Shown: positions 19,989 through 29,664, counted from the first letter of the stretch. The stretch: DNA of 64,000 nt from Lysobacterales bacterium (GCA_002722315.1 PBLG01000002.1:89949-153948), one strand, 5' to 3'. A program made the numbers and translations. Notes: generated by a model not told the origin, from the letters alone.

Positions 19989-20249
19989 TCACATGACGGC
20001 CAGGGCCAGCTGATCGGGACACTGAGCCGACCCGCCGCGCCCCTGGCGCCGGGTCTGGTCGATGGCGTTCTTGAGCACGCGATCGCTGCGTGGCGAGACG
20101 AACTCGATGACGCTGCCGTCGTCGAACTGGAGCATCATCACCATGGGCGGTTCGCCGTTGCGACCGGGGCGGGCAATGACGCCGCTGATGCATTTTCCGA
20201 CGATTTCATTTCGAACTGCGCGGCTGGAGCGGGTCTTGGTGGTTGCCAT
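19989..20249 (-). CDS. Small hypothetical protein (86 aa)
   Basis: Protein-like composition (EIVGKCISGVIA...MMLQFDDGSVIEFVSP), fills the gap after recR, CAGG before the ATG. Confidence 0.6.
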   Translation of the reverse strand: MATTKTRSSRAVRNEIVGKCISGVIARPGRNGEPPMVMMLQFDDGSVIEFVSPRSDRVLKNAIDQTRRQGRGGSAQCPDQLALAVM

Positions 20250-20363
20250 CCTGGAGATCCTGTGATTCGGTTCAGGGTGATTGAACCACGGGGATTTCTC
20301 AAAACCTGAGAAGCAGTTTGGAAAGCCGCACCCGTTCCCGACGCTCGCGACAAGGCGACGGAT

Positions 20364-20963
20364 TCAGTCCGGAACCGGAAGCCTCGAGGCGAAGGCGTGG
20401 GCCAGCGTGCCCTGGTCGGTGTGCTCCAGCTCTCCCCCCAGGGGCACGCCCTGCGCCAGGCGCGAAAGGCGAATTCCGTGGCGACCGGCCAGTCCGGCGA
20501 TGTAATGCGCGGTGGCTTCACCTTCGACGGTCGAATTGGTCGCCACGATCACCTCTTCGATCGGCTCGTCGGCGAAACGGCGCTCGAGCTGGTCAAGCCC
20601 TATGTCCTCCGGCCCGACGCCGTCCAGAGGGGACAGTCTGCCCAGCAGCACGAAGTAACGCCCGTCGAAGCCGGTGGCCTGCTCTATTGCAAGCACGTCG
20701 CCCGGCGTTTCGACCACGCACAGGGTGTGATCCGAACGTCGGCTACTGGCGCATATTTCGCAAATTTCCGCCGAAGTGAAGTTGCGGCAGCGATCGCAGC
20801 GCCGGATATCGCGCATCGCCGTGCCGAGCACGTCGGCCAGCCGCTGCCCGCCTCGCCGGTCCCGCTCAAGCAGGTGCAGCGCCATGCGCTGCGCCGTTCG
20901 CGAGCCGACGCCGGGCAGGCATCGCAGCGCTTGCAGCAATTCGTCGATGAGCGGGTCGTTCAC
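20364..20963 (-). CDS. recR: Recombination mediator RecR
   Basis: [12 protein letters not shown]4 zinc finger CDRC..CEIC, Toprim [20 protein letters not shown]. Confidence 0.98.
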   Translation of the reverse strand: MNDPLIDELLQALRCLPGVGSRTAQRMALHLLERDRRGGQRLADVLGTAMRDIRRCDRCRNFTSAEICEICASSRRSDHTLCVVETPGDVLAIEQATGFDGRYFVLLGRLSPLDGVGPEDIGLDQLERRFADEPIEEVIVATNSTVEGEATAHYIAGLAGRHGIRLSRLAQGVPLGGELEHTDQGTLAHAFASRLPVPD

Positions 20964-20994
20964 GGCGCCGTTCCCGAGGCCTTCCCGGGCTCGT

Positions 20995-21312
20995 TCAAGG
21001 CAGCGTGAAACCCGGCGGCATCGGCATGCCGCCGGTCAGGCCGGACATCTTCTCCTGGCTGACCTGCTGGACCCGGTTGACGGCATCGTTGAACGCGGCC
21101 GCGATCAGGTCCTCGAGCATTTCCATGTCGTCGCCGACGCTCGGGTCGATGTGAATCCTGCGCACCTCGTGGCGACCGCTCAAGGTGACCTCCACCATGC
21201 CGCCGCCGGACTGGCCGGTCACTTCCAGGTTGGCCAGTTCGGCCTGGGCCTGCTTGAGGCCTTCCTGCATCTTCTGCGCCTGCTGCATCAGTTGCGCGAT
21301 ATTGCCTTTCAT
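20995..21312 (-). CDS. ybaB: Nucleoid-associated protein YbaB/EbfC
   Basis: [34 protein letters not shown]. Confidence 0.97.
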   Translation of the reverse strand: MKGNIAQLMQQAQKMQEGLKQAQAELANLEVTGQSGGGMVEVTLSGRHEVRRIHIDPSVGDDMEMLEDLIAAAFNDAVNRVQQVSQEKMSGLTGGMPMPPGFTLP

Positions 21313-23012
21313 TGTTTACTCCGGGAATTGGGGTCACTCGGTGAATCGGCGGGCCGAACCGAGCCGGGCACGATTTCGGCGTCGAATTTTTCCTGCATCC
21401 TTTTGACGACCGGGTCCTCGGCCACCGCAGCTTCGGCATCGGCCTGAGCGCGGGCACGAGCGTCGTTGTCCAGCCTGGCAGGCGTCAGCAAATCGGCATC
21501 CTCGCTGACCGGTTTGAAATCCAGCTTGCGGTCGAGTCCCGAATAATCCTGCAGCGCCCTGGCAAGGCTCGCCTTGAATCGATCGGTCACCAGCATCAGA
21601 TCGTCCCGACCGAGCCGGAATTCAACCCGCTGGTCGTCGACATCGCCAACCGCAAGCATCCCTGCGACCGCCTTGACCGAACCATTGAGTGCCAGCGCCC
21701 CGAGCACGCGCGGCCACGACTCGGCGCTGAGCGCCTCCGCTTTTTCGGGCGCAGGTGTGCCGTCGGTCGCCGCCGCCTGCGACGGCTTCACCGTGCTCGG
21801 CCGTTCTGGCGGCGTCTCCCGGACGGCCGCGGCGGGCGCGGCTTCGGCGCCCGATGCTGAGGCGGCGGTTGGCGTTTCAACCGACGCGACGGCACCCGAA
21901 TTCGGCGGCGGTGCCGGATCGGACGCCGTGGCGGGCTGGAACGCGAACATTCTCAGAATGGTCATCTCGCAGCCGCTGCGGTCGGACGGCGCCAGTCCGA
22001 GGTCGCGCCGGCCGGTGACCGCGATCTGGTAATGCAACTGAACGTCTTCCGGGTCCATGCGGCCGGCATAATCGACCAGGTTTTCCCAGTCGGTGCGGCT
22101 GTCGTCACGGTAGTCCGGCACCTGCTGGATAAGCGCTATGCGGTGCAGCATCTCGGCCAGGTCCGCCAGCAGCCGCGACAGGTCGCGGGCCAGTCCGAAG
22201 ACTTCGGCCACCGCGGCCAGCGCCGCGGCGGGATTTCTTTCTATCAGCGCCTCGACGATGGTATTCAGGTGGCGCTGCTCGACCGTGCCCAGCATGTCCT
22301 CTACCGCCGCGTATTCAAGCTTTCCACTGCCGGCTGCGAGCGCCTGGTCGAGGAGGCTGAGCCCGTCGCGCATGCTGCCGTCAGCGGCCCTGGCCAGCAG
22401 TGCCAGCGCGGCATGCTCGTATTCGAGCTGCTCCCGGCTCAGGATGAACTCGATCTGGCCCGAGATTTCCTCGACGCTCAAGCGTCGCAGATTGAACTGC
22501 ATGCAGCGCGACAGGATGGTCACCGGGATCTTCTGCGGATCGGTGGTGGCCAGCACGAACTTGACGTGCTCGGGCGGCTCTTCCAGCGTCTTCAGCAGCG
22601 CGTTGAAGCTGTGGGTGGAGAGCATGTGTACCTCGTCGATCAGGTACACCTTGAAACGGCCGCGCGCCGGTGCATACTGCACGTTGTCGAGAATTTCCCG
22701 GGTATCGTCTACCTTGGTGCGCGAGGCGGCATCGATCTCGAGCAGGTCGACGAACCGGCCTTCGTCGATCGCCTTGCAATGCGCGCACTGGCCACAGGGA
22801 CTGGCCGAAACGCCGGCCTCGCAATTCAGTGACTTGGCCAGGATCCGGGCGATCGTCGTCTTGCCGACGCCGCGCGTGCCGGTAAACAGGAATGCATGGT
22901 GCAGCCGGCCTTCGTTGAGGCCGTTGGTCAGCGCCCGGACGACATGCTCCTGCCCGACCAGGCCGGAGAAGTCCCGGGGCCTCCATTTTCGCGCAAGTAC
23001 TTGATAACTCAA
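21309..23012 (-). CDS. dnaX: DNA polymerase III subunit gamma/tau
   Basis: [35 protein letters not shown]; TTG start preceded by AAGGA. Confidence 0.97.
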   Translation of the reverse strand: MSYQVLARKWRPRDFSGLVGQEHVVRALTNGLNEGRLHHAFLFTGTRGVGKTTIARILAKSLNCEAGVSASPCGQCAHCKAIDEGRFVDLLEIDAASRTKVDDTREILDNVQYAPARGRFKVYLIDEVHMLSTHSFNALLKTLEEPPEHVKFVLATTDPQKIPVTILSRCMQFNLRRLSVEEISGQIEFILSREQLEYEHAALALLARAADGSMRDGLSLLDQALAAGSGKLEYAAVEDMLGTVEQRHLNTIVEALIERNPAAALAAVAEVFGLARDLSRLLADLAEMLHRIALIQQVPDYRDDSRTDWENLVDYAGRMDPEDVQLHYQIAVTGRRDLGLAPSDRSGCEMTILRMFAFQPATASDPAPPPNSGAVASVETPTAASASGAEAAPAAAVRETPPERPSTVKPSQAAATDGTPAPEKAEALSAESWPRVLGALALNGSVKAVAGMLAVGDVDDQRVEFRLGRDDLMLVTDRFKASLARALQDYSGLDRKLDFKPVSEDADLLTPARLDNDARARAQADAEAAVAEDPVVKRMQEKFDAEIVPGSVRPADSPSDPNSRSKQ

Positions 23013-23151
23013 ATTAAATCCTTTTACCGTCGAGCGCCGCGCAGTGCAACGCGAGGCGCCGATCCGCTTCGGTTGGACGCAATGGAAGTCTACACCACCG
23101 AGCGTAGTTCCGCGTTTTGCAACCCTCGAGCCGCCCGCCGTTCGGCGCGCC

Positions 23152-24003
23152 TCAGCGCTCGTCGGCCAGCAGCCGACGCTTCCGCTCAAGGCCCCAGCGA
23201 TAGCCGCCCAGCTGGCCGTCGCTTCTCAGTACGCGGTGGCAGGGAATCAGCAGCGCAATCCGGTTGGCGGCGCACGCCCCGGCCACGGCGCGGACCGCCG
23301 TGGGCCGCCCTACCCCGGCCGCGACCTCGCTGTAGCTCGCCGTCACGCCCCGCTCCAGGCCGGACAGGAACCGCCAGGTCCGTATCTGCAGCGCGGTGCC
23401 GAACACGTGCAACGGGATGTCCGGTCCGGGCGCGCCGTTATCGATGGTCGCCTCCAGGGCATCCATCCAGCCGTCCAGTGCCGGGCTTCGCTCGGCCGGC
23501 GAGCGCCGGATATCGGCCCGGCCGAATTCCTCGAAAAGGGCCGATTCGGCCAGGGCCCGCTGGTCGCCGAACTGCGCGTAGCACACACCCCTGGAGGTCG
23601 CAGCCATGGTCAGCCAGCCCAGCCCGGTGCGGCGGCTGGCGAACCTTATCTGCTCGCCCTCGCCGAACCGTCGGTATTTCAGCGGCGTCATGCCAAGAGC
23701 ACTGGGCGAAAGATCGTAAAAACGGCTCAGGGCACCGAAACCGGCCTCGAAAACGGCGCCCGCCACGTCGCGACCGGCCCGGAGTTCCCGCTTGACCCTG
23801 CGCACGCGCGCTGCGCGCTGGTACTGACTGGGCGTGACGCCGAGCGCGGCACGGAAGCGTCGCTGCAGCGCGTAGCGACTCAAACCCACCCGTCGCCCCA
23901 GCTGCTCCAGGGTCATCGGTTCATCCGCGTTCGCCTCTATCCATTCGGCCAACTGCGCCATCTCCCGGTCGGTTGCGCCGGAGTCACTCATCGACGGTTC
24001 CAT
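23152..24003 (-). CDS. ada: Ada-like AraC-HTH plus methylated-DNA--protein-cysteine methyltransferase
   Basis: AraC HTH (LEQLGRRVGLSRYALQRRF), GTALQ, AVRAVAGACAAN, active site IPCHRV; no N-terminal Zn domain visible. Confidence 0.85.
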   Translation of the reverse strand: MEPSMSDSGATDREMAQLAEWIEANADEPMTLEQLGRRVGLSRYALQRRFRAALGVTPSQYQRAARVRRVKRELRAGRDVAGAVFEAGFGALSRFYDLSPSALGMTPLKYRRFGEGEQIRFASRRTGLGWLTMAATSRGVCYAQFGDQRALAESALFEEFGRADIRRSPAERSPALDGWMDALEATIDNGAPGPDIPLHVFGTALQIRTWRFLSGLERGVTASYSEVAAGVGRPTAVRAVAGACAANRIALLIPCHRVLRSDGQLGGYRWGLERKRRLLADER

Positions 24004-24111
24004 CTCGATTCTTGCCTGCACGAAGCTTACGCCAATCAGTCGATCCGTCTTCCCGGAAATTGCGGCGGGCGAGCAACCAGCCGCCATGCGCTGACGGATA
24101 CACTTGCATCC

Positions 24112-24831
24112 GTGGAGATCCAACCGTCGCTGAGTATCGTCATTCCCGTCGGTCCCGGCGAGACCGAGCATCTGCAGCTTCTGCAACGCCTGGCCGAGTT
24201 TCCCGCAATCCGATCCGGGACGACCTGCGAGATCGTCCTCAGCGGCTGCGAATCTCCCCAGTCGCCTGCCGTACCGCCCCAGGAGATCGATTGCACCCGG
24301 ATCACAGGTCCGGCCGGGCGAGCCGCTCAGCTCAACCGCGGCGTTGCCGCCGCCTCGGGACGCTGCCTGTGGCTACTCCACGCCGACAGTCTTCCCGGGC
24401 CCGCCGCCATGGACCGCGCAGCGGCGTTTGCGGCAACCCTGCACGACCCCGACGCGCCCGGTGTGCTGGGCTGGTTTCCGCTGTCGTTTGCACCCGGCGG
24501 CCCGCCGCTTGCGGCGCTGAATGCTTTCGGCGCCAACCTGCGCTCGCGGATCCTGAAGCTTCCGTTCGGCGACCAGGGCTGGCTGTTGCGGCGCGACACG
24601 TTCGAATCGCTCGGGGGCTTCGACGAGCAGTTCGGCCTCGGGGAAGACCTGGATTTCATTCACCGCGCCCGGCGCAGTGGCATCCGGCTCTGCCGCCAGG
24701 ATGCGTTGATCGCGACCTCGGCGCGCAGGTACCGCGAGCGCGGCTGGCTGCGCACGACGCTTGCACACCTGTGGCTTACGCTGCGGCTGTGGAACAAATC
24801 CGGCCGAAAGCTCCGGGAGACGTCGAATTGA
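24112..24831 (+). CDS. GT2 glycosyltransferase, TIGR04283-like
   Basis: LSIVIP, GRAAQLNRG, LLHADS, LPFGDQG, LGGF, EDL, TSARRY; GTG start. Confidence 0.85.
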   Translation: MEIQPSLSIVIPVGPGETEHLQLLQRLAEFPAIRSGTTCEIVLSGCESPQSPAVPPQEIDCTRITGPAGRAAQLNRGVAAASGRCLWLLHADSLPGPAAMDRAAAFAATLHDPDAPGVLGWFPLSFAPGGPPLAALNAFGANLRSRILKLPFGDQGWLLRRDTFESLGGFDEQFGLGEDLDFIHRARRSGIRLCRQDALIATSARRYRERGWLRTTLAHLWLTLRLWNKSGRKLRETSN

Positions 24832-25493
24832 CGCCGGCCATCGCAATTTTCGTCAAGACCCCCGGACTGTCGCCGATCAAGACCCGCCTGGGAAGCAGCG
24901 TCGGCCGGCGAATCGCCGAGGAATGGCATCGCCGCGCCGCCGCGTGTGTCGCCATCAGCGCCTGCGCCACCAACCTGCCAGTCTACTGGGCGGTAGCCGA
25001 GGCCGACGGCATGCAGCACCCGCTTTGGCAGGGACTGCCGCGCATCGGCCAGGGCGAAGGCGGCCTGGGCGCCCGGATGGCCCGTATGCATACCGAAATC
25101 GTGCAGCGGCACGGTGCCGGCATCCTGGTCGGCGCCGACCTGCCGCAGATCGAGACGCGGCATCTCGAGGCGGCAGCAACCTGGCTGGATTCCCCGGATG
25201 CAAGGCACGTGCTGGGCCCGGCCCGGGACGGCGGTTTCTGGCTGTTCGGCGCCAACCGTGCACTGCCCACGTCCACTTGGGAATCGGTAACGTACAGCCG
25301 CGACGACACGGCGCGTCGCTTCATCGACGCGGTGGGTGCATCCAGCTGGGAATTTCTCCAGATCATGACCGATCTCGATCGGGCCAGCGACCTGCAAGCC
25401 GTACTCGATGAGCTCGATTCGCTCCGGAAACCATCGGCCGAGCAGCGGGCGCTGGCGCGATGGATCGAGACCCAGATCGAACCGGACGCGTGA
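24828..25493 (+). CDS. DUF2064/TIGR04282-like (CofC-like) transferase
   Basis: IFVKTPG...KTRL, QGEGGLGARM, VGADLP, VLGPARDGGFWLFG, DLD; TTGA overlap with the upstream stop. Confidence 0.85.
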   Translation: MTPAIAIFVKTPGLSPIKTRLGSSVGRRIAEEWHRRAAACVAISACATNLPVYWAVAEADGMQHPLWQGLPRIGQGEGGLGARMARMHTEIVQRHGAGILVGADLPQIETRHLEAAATWLDSPDARHVLGPARDGGFWLFGANRALPTSTWESVTYSRDDTARRFIDAVGASSWEFLQIMTDLDRASDLQAVLDELDSLRKPSAEQRALARWIETQIEPDA

Positions 25494-25632
25494 ATCCTGC
25501 TGCTCCGCGACAACGCCTCGAGTGGCGGCCGTAGCCGAATCGACGTTTTCAACCGGTCTTTTCTGCATGACCTTGCTGGCATCGAACGCGTAGAATTGCG
25601 GGATTCCATCACACTTTGAAAGGGGCTTGGCA

Positions 25633-28266
25633 ATGCTTCTCAGATTGACTCTTCTGCTCGCACTGGCCCAGTGCCTGCCCACCATGGCCATGGGCCAGGT
25701 CGACGACGAGGGAACGCCTGCAAGTCGGGCCGGCACGCCAACCTTCCATTTCATCGGCGACCGCTACCGCATCGGCATCGGGCTGGACAGCGAGTTCGAC
25801 GTCGTCGGCGAGATCGAGGCATCCCTCTACGAATCGCAGCGCTCCAGCTTCGTCGGCGACGGCTGGCTGGGCCGCGAGGGCGCCGGCGGCGTCAAGCTCA
25901 ACTATCACTGGCTGGTCAACGAAACCGCCGAAGACGGCCCCGACGGCCCGGTCTACACGGACGGCAGCGTCGCCAAGCTTTTCGTCGCCGCCGACCAGAA
26001 CCAGTTCGACGACCGCAAGCTGACCTTCGGCGGCGGCTGGGAAGGCCGCAACTGGGCATTTTCCGGTTATGGCATGTCGGCCCTGTCCGACGAGCGGCTG
26101 GTCGACCGGACGCGCTCCATCGAGGAGATGCTGATTACCGGCGTGATCGACGGCCGCGCCTTTACGCGCGTCGATACGATCGAAACCATCACCGACCTTT
26201 TCGAAGAGCCCTACGACTGGGGCCTGGGCCTGCGCGCCGAGCGCTTCTTCGACAATCCGCTCATTCGCCTGCGCGGCGGACTCGACTACGAGGAGGGCGA
26301 TTTCAGTTCCTCCCAGGTGACCGCTTCTCTGTCGCTGGACAAACGCTTTTACGATTCGCCGCACGGCCTGAGCTTCCGCACCAGCTATGCGCGCAAGGAC
26401 GGCGATTTCGTGACTGACGAGAACGACCTTCGCGGTAGCGTGATCTACAGCTTCAGCTTCGGCGCCGCGGGCAACGCCTTCCGCCAGGGCCGCCAGTACC
26501 GGGAAGTCGAGGTCGAAGTCCCCGGTGAACCCAAGACCGAGGAGCGGGCGGTGGCCAGCAGAGTCACGCTGGCCGATCACACGACTTTCGGTCTGGACAG
26601 CTCCACCCTCAAGCCGGCAGCCGAAAGCACGCTGGACGAACTTTTGGCCGTGATCGAGGACGGCGGCCTGGTCGGCGATATTCAGGTCGTCGGCCACACC
26701 TGCGACCTCGGCACGGAAGCCTATAACCAGGACCTTAGCGAGCGACGAGCCCGCTCGGTGGTCCAGTATCTGACTGCGCAGGGGATCGACGCCGCTCAGA
26801 TCGACTGGCGCGGCGAAGGCGAGACAGAGCCGCGCTTTCCCAATGACGGTGACCAGAATCGCAGCCGAAATCGCCGCGTGGAAATCACTTTCGTCACCGA
26901 GCGAACCAGCATGAAGACGGTGACCGTCGGTTCGGATGAGCCGGCCACCGAAATCCGCCGGGTCCAGATTCCGGTGGAAGCGCCATGGATTCGCCGCGCG
27001 CTTCGCAATCCGGTCCGCCACAAGCGAATCGTCGATTACTACCGCTACCAGCAAAGCACCGCCAACGTGACCGAGGGCGAAATCGAATTCGTCAACGACG
27101 CGCCGCAGGCCGCGGACGACCAGTTCTCGGTCGATGCCGATTCGGCCGACAATACGCTGGATGTTCTGGCCAACGACACCGATGCCGACGGCGACTCACT
27201 GACGATCACCGGCGTCGGCGAACCGGCGAACGGCCAGGCATCGGTCAGCGGTAGCAGCGTGATCTACACGCCTGAACCGGGCTTCACGGGTACCGACAGT
27301 TTCACCTACGCAGTCGAGGACGGCTTCGAAGGCCAGGATACCGCCACCGTGACGGTCACCGTGCAGTCGACCAACGAGCCGCCGATCGTCGGCGATCTGG
27401 ACGCCGAGACGCTTCGCAATCAGCCCGTGGAGATCGATGTGCTGGCCGGTGCCAGCGATCCCGACGGCGACCCGCTGAACATCGCCTCGTTCACCCAGCC
27501 GGGCAACGGCACGGTGACGCAGGCGGGGAATCTGCTGCGCTACCAGCCCGATGAACAGTTCGTCGGCAGCGACAATTTCACCTTCACGGTCGCCGACGGC
27601 CGCGGCGGCGAAGCCAGCGCCAGCGTAACCGTCACGGTGCAGTCGGACAACGGGGCGCCGGTGGTCGGCGACCTGAGCGCCGAGACGCTTCGCAATCAGC
27701 CCGTGGAGATCGATGTACTCGCAGGCGCCAGCGATCCCGACGGCGACGAATTGAGCATCGCCTCGTTCACCCAGCCGGGCAACGGCACGGTGACGCAGAC
27801 CGGCAACGCCTTGCGTTATCAACCCTCCAACGAGTTCGTCGGCAGCGACAGCTTCACATTCACGATCAGTGACGGGCGCGGCGGCGAAGCGACCGGCTCC
27901 GTCGTGGTCGATGTCGAATTCGTGAACCGTTCGCCGGTGGCCAACCCCGACGGCGCCACGACCGCCGCCGGCGAACCCGTGACCGTCGACGTGCTGGCCA
28001 ACGACTTCGATCCCGACGGGGATCCGATCGAAATCGTGGATGTTGTCCAGTGGTACGGCAGGCCTGCACAGGCAACGGTGAACGGCGATGGAACCATCAC
28101 TTTCGAGGTCAGCGGATGGTGCCACGGGCGAAACGACTTCCGGTACACCATTTCGGACCCGTTCGGCGCGACCGCACAGGCCAACGTCACGATCTTTCGG
28201 CCCGGGGAATCGGTGGACGCGGAATCTCCGGACGCGTCCACCGAGTGTGTCGTCGATCCTTCGTAG
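25633..28266 (+). CDS. Outer-membrane adhesin: signal peptide, beta-barrel, OmpA_C domain and four Ig/cadherin-like repeats (probable inverse autotransporter)
   Basis: Signal peptide; amphipathic beta-strands; OmpA_C motifs GHTC, YNQDLSERRA, GEGE, RNRRVEI; repeats NDAPQAADD/DVLANDTDADGD/GTDSFTY. Confidence 0.85.
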   Translation: MLLRLTLLLALAQCLPTMAMGQVDDEGTPASRAGTPTFHFIGDRYRIGIGLDSEFDVVGEIEASLYESQRSSFVGDGWLGREGAGGVKLNYHWLVNETAEDGPDGPVYTDGSVAKLFVAADQNQFDDRKLTFGGGWEGRNWAFSGYGMSALSDERLVDRTRSIEEMLITGVIDGRAFTRVDTIETITDLFEEPYDWGLGLRAERFFDNPLIRLRGGLDYEEGDFSSSQVTASLSLDKRFYDSPHGLSFRTSYARKDGDFVTDENDLRGSVIYSFSFGAAGNAFRQGRQYREVEVEVPGEPKTEERAVASRVTLADHTTFGLDSSTLKPAAESTLDELLAVIEDGGLVGDIQVVGHTCDLGTEAYNQDLSERRARSVVQYLTAQGIDAAQIDWRGEGETEPRFPNDGDQNRSRNRRVEITFVTERTSMKTVTVGSDEPATEIRRVQIPVEAPWIRRALRNPVRHKRIVDYYRYQQSTANVTEGEIEFVNDAPQAADDQFSVDADSADNTLDVLANDTDADGDSLTITGVGEPANGQASVSGSSVIYTPEPGFTGTDSFTYAVEDGFEGQDTATVTVTVQSTNEPPIVGDLDAETLRNQPVEIDVLAGASDPDGDPLNIASFTQPGNGTVTQAGNLLRYQPDEQFVGSDNFTFTVADGRGGEASASVTVTVQSDNGAPVVGDLSAETLRNQPVEIDVLAGASDPDGDELSIASFTQPGNGTVTQTGNALRYQPSNEFVGSDSFTFTISDGRGGEATGSVVVDVEFVNRSPVANPDGATTAAGEPVTVDVLANDFDPDGDPIEIVDVVQWYGRPAQATVNGDGTITFEVSGWCHGRNDFRYTISDPFGATAQANVTIFRPGESVDAESPDASTECVVDPS
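27385..27900 (+). repeat. Near-identical intragenic duplication (276-bp period) of an Ig-like module
   Basis: GCCGAGACGCTTCGCAATCAGCCCGTGGAGATCGATGT occurs at 27403 and 27679; ATCGCCTCGTTCACCCAGCCGGGCAACGGCACGGTGACGCAG occurs twice. Confidence 0.9.
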
Positions 28267-28362
28267 CGGGCCGATGATTCTCGATGGCCTTGTCCCGGGC
28301 ATGAGTTCGATCGCGCCGGTCGGCCTGCAGCGCCGGCCAGGCCTTCGGATCGAGCAGGCCGG

Positions 28363-29163
28363 ATGAATTTCCTGCTCGAGCACGAGGCGTCCATCCGGCT
28401 GGGAGGCTTCGGCGCCGCGCTGGTCCTGCTGGGCATGCTGCAGTGGCGCTTCGGCCTGCGCGGTGACGGCCGCCCCGCCCGGCGCCAACTGACCAACATC
28501 GCAATGGTGATCATCGATACGCTGGTCCTGCGCCTCGCCTTCCCGGTACTGGCGGTGGCCTTCGCGGCCTCCGTGCATGGGTCGGGCACGGGACTGCTCG
28601 GTGCCGCCGACGCGCCGTTCTGGCTCGAGTTCACGCTTGCGGTGCTGGTCCTTGACCTGGCGATCTACTGGCAGCACCGGCTGTTCCACAAGATCCCGTT
28701 GTTCTGGCGGTTCCACCGCGTGCACCACGCAGACCGGGCTTTCGACCTGACCACGGGGGTTCGCTTCCACCCGGTCGAGATCGCGCTTTCGATGCTGATC
28801 AAGTTCGGCGTCATCTGGCTGATCGGCGCCCACCCGGCCGCAGTCCTGGTGTTCGAAATCGTGCTCAACCTGGGCTCGCTCTGGACGCACACCGACCTTG
28901 CACTGCCGTCAAGAATCGACCGGCGCCTTCGCTGGCTGGTCGTCACGCCGTCGATGCACCGGATTCACCATTCGACCTTGAGGCATGAAACCGATTCCAA
29001 CTACGGCTTCCACCTTTCGCTCTGGGACCGGCTGTTCGCCAGCTATACAGAGAATCCGGAGCGCCCGGAAAAGACCATGCCGATCGGCCTGGACCAGTAT
29101 CGCAGCGACAACGACCAAACCCTCACGGCGCTGTTGCTCAATCCTTTCAAAAGCAAAAGCTGA
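28363..29163 (+). CDS. Sterol desaturase / fatty acid hydroxylase family protein
   Basis: His boxes YWQHRLFH, FHRVHH, RFHP, HRIHH, and SNYG..WDRLF; several TM segments. Confidence 0.9.
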   Translation: MNFLLEHEASIRLGGFGAALVLLGMLQWRFGLRGDGRPARRQLTNIAMVIIDTLVLRLAFPVLAVAFAASVHGSGTGLLGAADAPFWLEFTLAVLVLDLAIYWQHRLFHKIPLFWRFHRVHHADRAFDLTTGVRFHPVEIALSMLIKFGVIWLIGAHPAAVLVFEIVLNLGSLWTHTDLALPSRIDRRLRWLVVTPSMHRIHHSTLRHETDSNYGFHLSLWDRLFASYTENPERPEKTMPIGLDQYRSDNDQTLTALLLNPFKSKS

Positions 29164-29194
29164 GGTTTACGGTTTGACGCTTTACGGTTGACGC

Positions 29195-29662
29195 AAGCGC
29201 GGCGTCCGGGGCCACCGCAGTAGCGCCAGCCCCCGATCGCCACCTTCCTGATCGGCCGCCCGCTCGTCGCGAGGCGTTTCAATAGAAAACGCATGCACGA
29301 CAGTCGTCGTCCATAGTCCAGGGAAGACCAAGCGCTCCGATCGGGGGCTGGCGCGTCGCGAGGCGGTTCCGGATGGCGTGATTTCGGCGATTTGGGACCG
29401 AGCGACCCGCAGGCGTAGCCAAAGCTACGTCGAGGATTCGCGACAGAGCAAAGCGCCGAAAGCGCGGCGTCCGGGGCCGCCGCAGTAGCGCCAGCCCATG
29501 ATCGCTACCTTCCTGATCGGCCGCCCCCTCGTCGCGAGGCGTTTCCAGGTGCCGTGAATGCGGCGTTTTGCGACCGAGCGCACCGCAGGCGTAGCCAAAG
29601 CTACGTCGAGGATGCGCGACCGAGCAAAACGCCGCAGTAGAGCGGGTGACCGATCAGGAAGG
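29195..29662. repeat. Cluster of long imperfect palindromic repeats (MITE/ERIC/REP-like)
   Basis: ~86-bp direct repeat 29195-29280 vs 29460-29545; core CCGCAGGCGTAGCCAAAGCTACGTCGAGGAT occurs twice; hairpins 29338-29504 and 29508-29662. Confidence 0.85.
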
Positions 29663-29664
29663 TC

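Noticed and set aside
21309-23012. Programmed -1 frameshift producing DnaX gamma
   Set aside because: No A_AAA_AAG heptamer or long A-run; the only candidate (GAAAAAG near 21740) is not in the required frame
23013-23151. SRP RNA (ffs), often found upstream of dnaX
   Set aside because: The conserved CAGG-CCGGAAGG-AGCAG core is not present on either strand
15353-24003. SOS/LexA boxes for the dinB-sbcB-recR-ada repair cluster
   Set aside because: No CTGT-N8-ACAG match was found by eye in the upstream regions
29195-29662. Possible CRISPR array
   Set aside because: The repeats are long, nested and irregularly spaced, with no unique equal-length spacers and no cas genes
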